64,000 nt of DNA, from the NCBI GenBank assembly GCA_028534125.1, contig CM052818.1:44828001-44892000 (forward strand), in the 5' to 3' direction. Under the pieces are notes generated by a model. It was not told the DNA's origin. It did not search any database and was given only the letters and a program-made list of their open reading frames with translations. The translations under genes and the position numbers were made by a program. The DNA comes from Lama glama. Taxonomy: Eukaryota. Below, piece after piece: positions 53,101 through 64,000 of the stretch. Position 1 is the stretch's first letter, and each line of letters begins with the position of its first letter.

Positions 53101-53829
53101 CATGTTCTTTTATACTCTTAGCTTTTGCCTCTACCCGGAATGCTCCCTCTCCTCCTCTGCTTTGTCAACCTGCAAAACAAAAAACAAAAAACAAACTTCA
53201 TTTTTTTAAATTATAAAGGTAATGTCTATCTAAAAATTAAAAATTACAGAAGGAAACGTAAGTTCTCTTAGCGCTCTCTTTGATCCTACTCTTCTGAGAT
53301 AACTACTTTATAACACATTGGTATATCACTTTCCCTTTTTCTGTGTATATAACAATGTATTGGTGTATCATTTTCCTTTTTTTCCTGGCACATAGAAAAA
53401 ACCATAAATACTTGTTTTTTTTTTAAACCAAAACACAACTATACCATATCTGTATTTGCTTTTTCCATTTGTTTTGGAGGTGGTTCAGTCAGAATCTGTA
53501 GTGCACCCTGTTCCTTTGTAGATTAACATAATCACTTGCATCTTCAAATTCTTTATTGAATGTTACTTTTATATTTGTTTAATTAACATCTATCTTTCTC
53601 TGGAGGGAAAGCCCTCTTTTCTGGAATTTGCGCATTCTTTTACTTTACGTATCTTAATGTAGGAATAGGTGGGAGGAGGTTTCCTTTGTTGCACTGCAGT
53701 GCCTATAAGACCTTGGTAAAATTCCTATTGTTGAATCTTGTGTAGTTGTCGCATATACCTTCTCTTGATCATTGAAGACAGGCTTCTGGCTTATAGTCTT
53801 TCTTTCCCTGCAAGGCTGTACCCCCCTTT

Positions 53830-55800
53830 CAGGTGAATTCGGTATTTATGGGAACAGAGTCCTTGGGACGCTCGCTTCACAGAGTTTCCTTATCTCTAGT
53901 GGTCTGTGTCTTCACTTAATTCATTTACTTAATCCCATGAAGCTCTTCTGGACCTCACCATTACTGAAATCACCTTCACCTTTGAGATCATTAATTTAAA
54001 CATCCTGTTCCTGACACTAAGCCTTTATCCTTTTACTAAACCCATTTATTGATATTCTTGAGATCTGCAGTTCCTTAACACCTCTGTCCACCAAATGCTT
54101 CCTTTATAAGCAGGCAATAATCCATTGTCCATCACTTCAAAACTCTTGCTAGAATTTTTGATTTCCTTGTTCTGTTGAATTTCTATCATATGCAACTGGC
54201 AAAACCTAGATTCTGGGTTATTTTGTCTCTGTGGCCTACACAGAGGTGTTTATTGAGCACTGATGAAGAAAAATCAAACTGCCCCAGTTAGTGGTACTGC
54301 AAATTCATGGGCTCCCGTCTCTGCAGGAGCTGTCAGGGCTACAGAACAGTTCTCTCATTCTCCATAGAGGCTATTTTAAACCTTTTTTCTTTAAACTTAA
54401 GAAACAAAGTATTCTCCACAGATGGTCTTCCTACTTCATGAGAAAATAGAAGCCATCAAAAGGAGATCCCTTAAATTTCCTGTTACTTGACTCACCAGTT
54501 TATCTCCTCTACCATTTGTTCTTCCTTTTCCTTCTGTTTCAGTGCATGAGATGTCCAGCATTCTGTCTCAGCCTGATTCTCCAGCTGTGCTTTGGATCTC
54601 ATTCTCTCCTTACAGCTGATTAGCCTTCTTTGTTTTTTAATCTTTCTCTTAATTCTGATTCTTTTTCATCTTGCTAAACTTGTTCAAATACCTTACCTAA
54701 AACAAAGCAAGTCACCAAATTACTCCTAGAAGGAAATCTCAATTCTGCCATTTGCCACCTTCCCTTCCTGTCAAAACAGCCCCAGACTTCTTTTCTGTTC
54801 ACAAATACACTATAATTTCTCCTCTCCCATCACTTAGCTAACACTGCTCACTTCAAGGTCATGCTGACTTTCTTGCTGCTAAAACTATCATTTTATTCAA
54901 TGTTGAGAAGTACTTAGCATTTCTCACATTGCTGTCTTCTCTTGGCTTCTGTGACAGTACTCAGAGCATTTCTAGTTATTTCTTCCCAGACTCCTTTGCT
55001 GCCTCTTCTTCCTCTCTAAATGGGAACCCCTTCCCTCTTTTTAATGCATTCTTTGCCTTCTTCTTAAGTTTGTATCTGTTTCCAGGACCTACTTTATCAC
55101 TTGTATATTGATGATTTCCATTTTTCCCTATGAAAACTTGCCTCTGAGCTTCAGGCTTACGCATCCAGCCACCTACTAGGCATCTCCACTTGGATATACC
55201 ATAGTCACTTCAAGATCAACATATCTGCCAGCTGTGTTCTTTTTCCCCCTTTGCTCTCATATCTTCGTATCTTGTGATCTTAGACTCAGTGTTGTTTCCA
55301 CTGTCCTAGCTTGGATCAAGCCAGACATCTAGGATTCTGCATTCTTGATCTCATGTTTAGTCAGTCACCAGATCCTGTCAGTGTTATCTCCTAAAAATGA
55401 TTCATTTCTGCCCCATCCTGCTGCTACTTTCCTACAAGTGACTATTTTTTTTCTAGATTGTTACAATATTCTCTCCCCTGGTGTTCTTTCCTCTAGTGTT
55501 TCCAGCCTTCTTTTTTTACTCTCCAGCCAAACTGATTATAAGATGCAAATCTAATCATGTTATTCCCAAACTTAAAGTACTTAAATGACTAATTTCCCAT
55601 TCATTCAGGGTAAACTTCAAAATGCTAATTATTTCTCACAGGGCTGTTAATGACGTGACTTCTGCTAACCTCTCCATCCCTATCTCTTGTCACTCCTTCC
55701 CTTATTCTCAAATTCTGCCCATATTAAATAGCTTCATTTGAAACTGCTTTCTTCCTATCTCCAAGGTTTATTTAATGTGCAGATCCCTTTGCTTAGAATA
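53830..55800 (+). mobile_element. Long degenerate L2 element
   Basis: Pyrimidine-rich L2 hallmarks: 'cctacttcatgagaaaatagaagccatca', 'ctcttggcttctgtgacagtac', 'catccagccacctactaggcatctccacttggata', 'atgcaaatctaatcatgttattccc'. Confidence 0.75.
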
Positions 55801-58800
55801 AAAATGTTAACTCCTCAAATATCACTGATATGCAGTATGTGGAAATACTTCTGCCTCATTGTGCTTCGTTTGGTTTGAACTCAGATTCTGAAAGGAGAAG
55901 ACAAATTTGTATTTACAGTGATATTTTTTAGAAAGTGACCTAGTTACGTATTTAATTATAATGGACAGTCTGTAATGGTTTATAGAACTCAGAAGAGTAA
56001 TTCCTTAGAGAAGTGTTCCAGGTGAACTCATGCTTCTTGTGAGCATTTCTGTTGTGAGAAGTGTGTATTAAATGTGGCTAATGGAAAATGATAGTATAAA
56101 TGCTGGACATAAAAATTTCTTTAAACTATAGAAAATAGATAAATGTGTTCTTAATAAGTACTTGAAACAGCATATTGAGTGAGGCTTTTAAAAATCATGT
56201 AGCATTAAAGTTATTGTCAATAATAATGATAATGATAATCATAGTAGTAATAATTTTAGCAAGACATGTATTCTTAACTGTGTGCCAGCCACTGTATTGA
56301 AGTGCTTCAGTAATTTGTTAGAGTTCTGTTTCATTTTTCCAGTAGCTTCAAAATGACATATTCTTTAAAAACGTCTGTAGAAATACTTATAAATTCAAAT
56401 ATAGTTAAATATTTCTAAAATTATAATTCCTCTAGGTAGAACTGTTAGTTGCCCACTTTTTGCAAATATAATGAAAAACAATGAAAAATCTGTTATCTAT
56501 ATTAAAGTCATTAAAGTGAAAAATTCTGAGTGGCATGTTATCTGTTAGTATAATCTCACAAATTCTTTCAGTAAAAGTTTTACTTACTCTGTAGCTAAAA
56601 GATTTAGTAGTTTTTAGATTTAATATCTTACTGAGCACTTTTGTATGATGTCTCATTTGATATAACAATCTGTAAAATATGTAGGGCAGATGTTATTCAT
56701 ATTATCCTGAATGAGGAGGAAACTGATGTTTGGAGAGGTTTAACTAATTTGTTCAAAGAAATGCAGCTAATAAATGTCAGAACTGGAAAAGAATCTTATG
56801 TCTTTAGAGTTCTAAGATAGTGTCCTTAAGTAAAACTTCAAGCTCTGCATAAGGAGTTGGTAGCTTCTATTTTTAGATAAGCTGGATGGATATCTTAGAA
56901 AAATAGTATTAAATGTTTTAACATTAAAAGGATTTCAAATTTCAGAATATTTTTTAAATCAGTGGTTGTTAACTTTTTTACCCCAAGTCCCCTTAGGTTC
57001 AAGTTGATCGTTTCCAAAAGAGAGTAGTGAGTTTTGTTTTGTTTTGTTTTGTTTCGTTGTCTGTAAGTGGAGAGAGCATTTAACTCTGTATGATCTACGC
57101 TTACTAGAGGCTGTAATGTGATAAACAGTTCAAGAATAGTAAATTATTTGATGATCGCTTTTTATTTTTAAGTGTTTTAAGGATTTTTGTGGAATACTTG
57201 AAATGGATATGTGTGGAATTCTGCAGATCAATAATTCTTAAGATCATGAAGCTTCGACCTAAATTCTGAACTTTGATCTATCTAGTTTTCTCTTGTTGGC
57301 ATTGACCTTTTTTTCATTGCTGGTGCTGAGTAGCACTATCTCCCACATTTTTGCAAAGGATTACTATAAGGAGAACTTCTGTTACTCTTTCTTTGGTTTG
57401 CTGTCAGACAGGAGAGTAGCTAAATGGTATATTTAAATTGAGATGTCCTTAAATCATCTTGCTGATTTGGCTGGGGTACAAACGAAAATGGTAATGATGT
57501 CTTTTAAAATAAAGGAGGTGATGGAAGCTTCTATCTTTTATTTAGTTTGTATAGCAAAATTATGAAGAGGCTGAGGTTATAACGATTAAGAAATTACAAC
57601 CTGCTAGTATTAGTGTGGATAGGTATTTTTCACTGACCGTTTGACTAAGTGAGGGAGGAAATGGAATGTGTAACTCAGGGAAGGGGAAAGGAGCGCTTCA
57701 CAACTGTGCTATACTATAATGATAAAATTAACAATTTAAAAGATTTTTTTTTAATTTTTAAAATATTTTTTGGCCATTATTTTTATTGCTCATTCTATGT
57801 AATGATTTTTTTACATGTATGTAACTTTTCATTTTGAAATAACTCGATATAGAAAAAAGTTGCCAAAATACTACACTGAATTTCACATACCCTTTACATA
57901 GCTTCCCCAAATATTAATTTTCTACCACATATAAGATAATATTTGAGACATAGTCTGGATACTTCCTAAGAAGTTATAGTTTATTTGGGAAGGTAAAGCT
58001 ATTGTCGACAGAAAGTTAAATGATGAATTGAAGAGGAGTAAATGTAATAATATGAAATAGTTCCTTACTTGCTATTTGAGTAGCCAGTGGTGAACACCAT
58101 GAATTAAGAAAAGGTAGCAGTCTCCGGACTTTGGAAATAATAGAAAAGCATTATGAAGGAGGAAGGATTGATTTGCAGGTTGAAAGATGATAATGGCAGC
58201 AAACATTTACAGATATATTATCTCTGGCAGTTTTATATATATTGACTCATTTGGTCCTCCCTGCAGCCCTGTGAAATACATACTGTTATTTTCTAGATCT
58301 TACTGATAAGGAAACTGAAGGGAGGAGGTGTTAAATAACTTCTCCAAGGTCAAACTGCTTATAAGGAGGGAAGCTGGGATTCTGCAATATGGTTCCACAT
58401 TAAGCACTTTATCTAGGCCACAAGCTTCCTTTCTAATAAGTTTTGATTAAAGTCTTTTCTTCTAAGATAAAATGTGATTTTAGTAAGGAAAATTTAAAAA
58501 GCCAAAATAGCAGCTTTTTTTAAAAATTAAAATACACGTTTTAGCCTTTTTTGAGTGGATTTTTTTTAACCTATGTCATTTTCCTTATATTGTGTTAAGA
58601 CATTTGCATAAAACTGTCATTGAGAACAAATGTGTAACTATTTTGCATATAAATAGAATCGGTACTGTGTAATTATTTAGACAATTAAAATTTTTGAAGA
58701 TAAGGTTATTGAAAATTATTGAAAAACAGTGACATTGGATTAAAACAAATCAAAGACCCTGGTCATACCCTTGTGTATGTATGTGCATGTAAAATTTTAT

Positions 58801-59304
58801 AGGGCCACCAAAAAGAGTGCCCCTTTATAGGGATGACTAAAAAATATTGGTGATATGTATTATAGAGGTATTGTATAACAGCCAACATATAGTGAAATAC
58901 TTAACATTGGAATTGTTCCATTGTATATGGAATTTTAAAAGTATTATCCTGTATCATCAAAACACATAGACTACTTTAACCAGGAACTCTTCCCCCTATA
59001 TTTATTATGAACATTTCTTTTGATAATGCTTCCTTCATAAAAGTAATAGCTATTTATCAAAAGCAACATAACATAGTATTTAAGGACTCAGGTTCTGGAG
59101 TCTTATTTGGGTTTATTTCTTTTCTTTACTGTATCATCTTATGTGTTACTTAGTCTTTGAACTTACCGGTTTCCTCTCAGTAAAATGGGGGATAATGATA
59201 ACACTTCTTTTATAAAGTTGTTAAGTTTAAATGAAGTAACCAGAAGCACTTAGTGACAGATATGTTGTAAGCCTTCAACAAATTCCATGTTAGTTTGTTT
59301 ATTA

Positions 59305-60010
59305 ATTGATTATTGTGGTAAAAAACACATAACATCCAATTTACCATCTTAACCATTTCTGAGTATGCAGTTCAGTAGTGTTAAGCACATTTGTGTTGCT
59401 TTGCAACCAAGATCCAGAGATACTTTCCGTCTTGCAAAACTGAATCTCTGTACCCATTAAAAAACAACTCCCCATTTCCTCCTCCCCCTAGCCACTGGCA
59501 GCCACCCTTCTACTTTCTGTCTCTATGAATTTGAGTACTCTAGGTACCTTATATAAGTAGAGTTGTACTTTCTGTGCTTGGTTTATTTCACTTAGCATAA
59601 TGCCCTCAAAGTTCATTAATGCTGTAACATATGCTAGAATTTGTATCTTTTTCAAAGCTGAATAATATTCCATTGTATGGATATACCACATTTTGTTTAT
59701 TTATTTGTAGATGTACACTTGTGTTACTCTTGTGAATAATGCTGCTATGAGCAGGAGTGTACAGATATCTCTTGGAGACCTTGCTTTCAGTTCTTTTCAG
59801 TATATACCCACAAGTAGAATTGCTGGATCATGTAATGATTCTATTTTCAATATTTTGAGAAACCACTGTACTGTTTTCCATAGTGGCTGCACCACTTTAC
59901 ACTCCCACCAATAGTGAACAAGGGTTCCAGTTTCTCCATATCCTTGCCAACACTTGCTGTTTTGTGGGTTTTTTTTTTTTTTTTGATAGTAGCCATCCTA
60001 ATGAATGTAA
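59305..60010 (-). mobile_element. L1MB-type ORF2 end and 3' UTR, antisense
   Basis: The minus-strand ORF 59488-59691 reads WYIHTMEYYSALKK...IMLSEINQAQK, the L1 ORF2 C-terminal region, followed by a typical L1MB 3' UTR. Confidence 0.88.
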
Positions 60011-60049
60011 AGTTCTTCTCTAATTTTCTGCTTGTAGGCTTAAATTGTT

Positions 60050-62080
60050 CTCTAGTTTTTCTCTGGAAGCTTAAGTTATTGAATTTAGCTATTTTCTTTA
60101 CCTAAATTTGCATTTATTGGTATAAATTTCTCTTCAAATGCTGCTTTTGCTGCCATCCATTAATTTTGATAAATTGTATTTTCATTTTTATTTGGTGACA
60201 TCTTTATTTTTGAAAGATATTTTTATTGTATATAGTATTCTAAGTTGATAGATTTTTTTTTTCTGGGGGTTTTTCGGTTTTTGTTTTTGGTACTTTAGAA
60301 ATGTGCTGCTCTCTTTTGACTTACATTATTCCTCTGTTCATAATGTGCTGGATTTTTTTTTTCCTTCTGAAAAGAGTTTTAGTCAATTTGATTATGATAT
60401 GCTTTGTTGTAGTTTTCTTTGTTTCTTGTTTTTGTCTTTGGCTGAGCTTCTTGATATGTACAGTTTTTGGTTTTCATCAAATGTGGAGACCTTTATTTTA
60501 TCATGTATTTTTTTTCATTCCTCTCCCTTTTCACTGGTGATTCTGATTATGTGTATAGTAAGGTTGCTTCGTGTTGACACACAATTTACTGATAGTCTCT
60601 CTCTTTTTTTGTTTTTTTCCTTTCTGTGTTCCATTTTGGATAATTTCTATTGCAATGTCCTCAGGTTCTCTTGTCTTCTGCAATTTTGAGGCTCCTGTTA
60701 GTTCTGTTTAATGTACTTTTCATCTCATGCACGGTATTTTTTAATCTCTAGATTTTTGATTTGTGCCCTTTTTATATATTACATGTCTCTACTTAATATT
60801 TTCAGTGTCTCCTGAACCTTTTTTTTTGTTTATTGTGGTAATATATATATAACATGAAGTGTACCATTCTAACCATTTTCAAGTGTACAATTCAGTGTCA
60901 CTAAATACATTCATAGAATTGTGCAACTATCACCACAATCTGTTTCCAAAACATTTCTGTCACCTGAAACAGAAACCTGTAACCATTAGGCAATAGTAGC
61001 TCCCCATCCCTTCTTACCACCAGCCCCTGGTAACCTCTATTATATTATCTATCTCCATGGATCTACCCATTCTAGATAGATACCTCATATAAGTGGAATC
61101 ATATAGTATTTGTTTTTTTTTGGATATATGGCTTATTTCACTTATAATGTTTTCAGGGTTCATTCATGGTGTAGTGTCTATCAGTACTTCATTTCTTTTT
61201 TATATTCTGTAGCTTTTTTAATATAATGAATACGACTATCATAACTATTTAATTCTCTTGTTTGTTACTTATATCACCTGTGTCATTTCCCAATGAATTT
61301 TAATTTTTTTTGAGTTTTATTGATATAATTGACATATATCACTGTATAAGTTTAAGGTGTACAGCATAATGGTTTGACCTACATATACTGTGAAGTGACT
61401 GGAGTAAGTTTAGTTAAGCAGTCGACTTTTTTCTACTTATTATGTGTTGAATTTTCCTGCTACTTGGTTTCACGGTAACGTTTCATTGTTTGTCAGACAT
61501 TACTGATTTTACCTTTTTGCGTGCTATATATTCCTGTGTTATTATAAACGGTCTTCAACTTGTTCTAGGATGTTTTTGTATTTCTTGAAAACAGTTTGAT
61601 TCTTTTGTGTCTTGCTTTGTTGTGCAGGTAAAGAACAGTGGTTAGTCTAGGGCTAATTTTTCCATGCTACTGAGTAACCTATGCTAAGCCCCATGAATTA
61701 CAGGGTTTTACACTCTGGCTAGTAAGGTGGTAGTATGGTGGGACCTGTTTTTACCCTCTGTCATCTCTCTTGTCTCTGGTACTCTGCCCTTTAGGCTGCC
61801 TTGGTCTCCCTGGGTTCTGGCTCTCATTTCAATCCATGGTGACTGCTAGACTCAGCCTCTGTTCTCTTTCCAGGATTGAGCGCCTGGAAACGACCTCTAG
61901 GTGGTAAACTCCAACCATCTTAGGGCTCAGTTTATTTCTTCCCTCTCAGGGATCATTGTCCTTCATTTTTATCCAGTCTTGAAAATTGTTTTTTCACTGT
62001 TTTTTCTGGTTGTTAAGTTGTTTAAGTTGGGAGGTGGGGCAGGTGGTTAAATCCATTCCCTCTTATTCCATCTTGAAGGT
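60050..62080 (-). mobile_element. Ancient L1M/HAL1-type relic with nested L1 3' ends (~60820-61200 and ~61303-61420)
   Basis: T-rich L1 ORF1/5' features ('gctgagcttcttgatatgta', 'ggataatttctattgcaatgtcctcaggttc'). Nested 3' ends: 'ttattgtggtaatatatatataacatgaagtgtaccattctaacc' and 'ttttattgatataattgacatatatcactgtataagtttaaggtgtacagc'. Confidence 0.7.
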
Positions 62081-64000
62081 AATAGATATTTTAACTTTAT
62101 CCCTTAAATGTTAAATAAAAACCCATTATCATACTAGAGTAAGACCTCTATGAAATAATTTTATTGTGTGCCATAATTTATGTAAAGTGTTTATCACAGC
62201 ACTGGCACGTAGCAGAACTGTTTCTATTGTTACCTTTATAATCTCATCAAAGGGTCTAATGTTGGTGTTTTTCTTAAATTTAAATGTTAATTGGAATTAA
62301 TTACAACTGCACCATGAGACAGTGTTATTGAAGGAACTTGGTAGTGGTAAAGAACATAAAAAAGTAGATCAGTTATGGCAGAGATTCCTACTGGCTCAAA
62401 TATCTACTTCTGTAGTGGTAGAACACCCAAGATTTAGTTGGTTTGAAGTGAATGGAATAAAGACTGTATATGTAAATACACCTTATATACACATATATGT
62501 ATATTTTAACGTATATATGTGTTTAAAAAGATGTATTTTTAGTGGTTTCTGTTGCAGTGTGTGATTTGGCCACATGAGTAAGTTAAGGCTTACAGAATGT
62601 GGACATAAGTTTTGTAAGTAGAACTGAGGAAGAATCCTAATAGGGAGCTTATGTATCCTTTTCTTGTCATTTATTTAATGGCTCATGTTGGTGCTTGCTA
62701 TCCCACACCATGATGTGTCACAGCCGATCAAGGGTGATGGTATCAAAGCTGAGAAACCTGGGTCCCTGATGATCATTGAAACTACTATATTGACCCTTAA
62801 CTGTTTTGAGACAGACATAAAGACACCGAGGGGCATTTTCTATCTCTTGCAACTGAACTTTGTTCACACTGGTAAGATACTTAAAAATTACCATTATTTC
62901 TTTAATATTGCCAAGGAAATAATGTGTTTAGAAATGTGTAGCAAAGGGCAACTTGTTTTTTTAATAGCTTTAAAAATTAATACTTATTCTTTATTAGCAT
63001 TCCTTTTATGTATATGTCTTGTGTTTTACGACATCATTTCATTTCCTTCATGTCTTTTTCACAACAATCCTGCAGTGTTGTATTATTATCTTTGTTTACT
63101 GATGCTGTTGAAGTTTAGAGAAGTTACGTAACTTGGTAGTAGTGGTAGAGTTCATATTTCCATTTCAGGTCTGTCTGACTCAAAAAAAAAATCTCACTTT
63201 TTTTTAGTAAGCCATGTCTTTTCTAACACCTTTGTTGTAAATCTTTATTTTTGAGACAATTTCTGGTTGGTAAATTAATTTCTGTTCTTTGGGGATGCCC
63301 TGCACAAGTGACTAATTGTTTTAGGCCACTATTTCTTTTGTTTATTAGTGAAGAATGAGAAGTTACTTTTCCTGAATCTGCAAAGTTGAAGACTACCATA
63401 AACCCTAGACTAGTGGTAATTTAACATTAAGGTCTATATCATAGATGATGATGATTCTGAAGGTCTCAACCTAGCCTTTTCCTTAAGTCATTTAACTGTG
63501 CTAATGTTCTTTGTGAGTTAAAGGGTTAGTTTTGGGCATGTTTGGCTTTAAATTACTGTACTTAAGATCTGATGAATACACCTTGACTCTTGTAGTTTAT
63601 TCTTAGTCTGTTAAATTTGTTGAGAAATTTTGATACTTTTTTTGGTTTTCATTCTCTTTGTTTTAGCTTCATCTTATGTTCGGTAGTGACATAATAGTAA
63701 TCACAGGACAAACACATCACTTCCTAGGATCTTAAGCATTACTTAAAATACATGATCATGTAGAACATTTACTTAAAGAAATTTAATTTTTGTAATCTGT
63801 TACGAAAAATATTTTTAAAGCCTGAGTGTTCTAGAATCTGGCTTACTTGTTATCTCTAAAGTGAAATGACAGCTGATTGCATACCTGAAGGAGAAATTCA
63901 CTAGTGGAAGAGACATATTCCAGAACTATTGAGAATAAGTCCTTGTTTGTATAACCTTTTAGTTTGTTGAATCTTTCCTTTTTTGGAGTACAGGAAATTA

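Noticed and set aside
59488..60689. Cluster of ORFs, including hydrophobic Phe/Leu-rich ones
   Set aside because: These derive from an L1 ORF2 remnant and T-rich antisense L1 sequence, not from membrane-protein genes.
62685..63131. 148-aa ORF and a strong donor (CTG|GTAAGA at 62872) as possible ROCK2 exon 2 or alternative exon
   Set aside because: The translation does not match ROCK2 exon 2 and there is no good acceptor. 62680-62860 resembles an old MLT1-type LTR end ('ttttctatctcttgcaactgaa').

Overview
Mammalian genomic DNA, most likely from a camelid, judged from seven tRNA-Ala-derived SINE copies resembling the camelid Vic-1 family and the absence of recognisable Alu, Bov-tA, PRE-1 or SINEC elements. 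The only protein-coding feature I can support is the first coding exon of ROCK2 (38707-38847, + strand, [15 protein letters not shown]...[11 protein letters not shown] donor at 38848). It lies in a CpG-island promoter (~37630-38980). About 37.6 kb upstream is intergenic and rich in old repeats: an ERV-L/LTR33-like provirus remnant, MLT1 LTRs, L1M, L2, MIR and MER elements. The ~25 kb downstream is AT-rich ROCK2 intron 1, and I found no exon 2 in the window. Almost all ORFs in the supplied track are chance or repeat-derived. I see no new multi-gene system. The best leads are in the ROCK2 leader and promoter: an in-frame GUG that could add 37 N-terminal residues, a strong-Kozak 8-codon uORF, a 26-bp tandem GC-box duplication and a palindromic MARE/ARE. 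There is also a perfect FXR-type IR1 element inside an L2 relic ~9 kb upstream. Repeat family names come from recalled consensus sequences, not from a search, and repeat boundaries are approximate unless a target-site duplication (TSD) is given.
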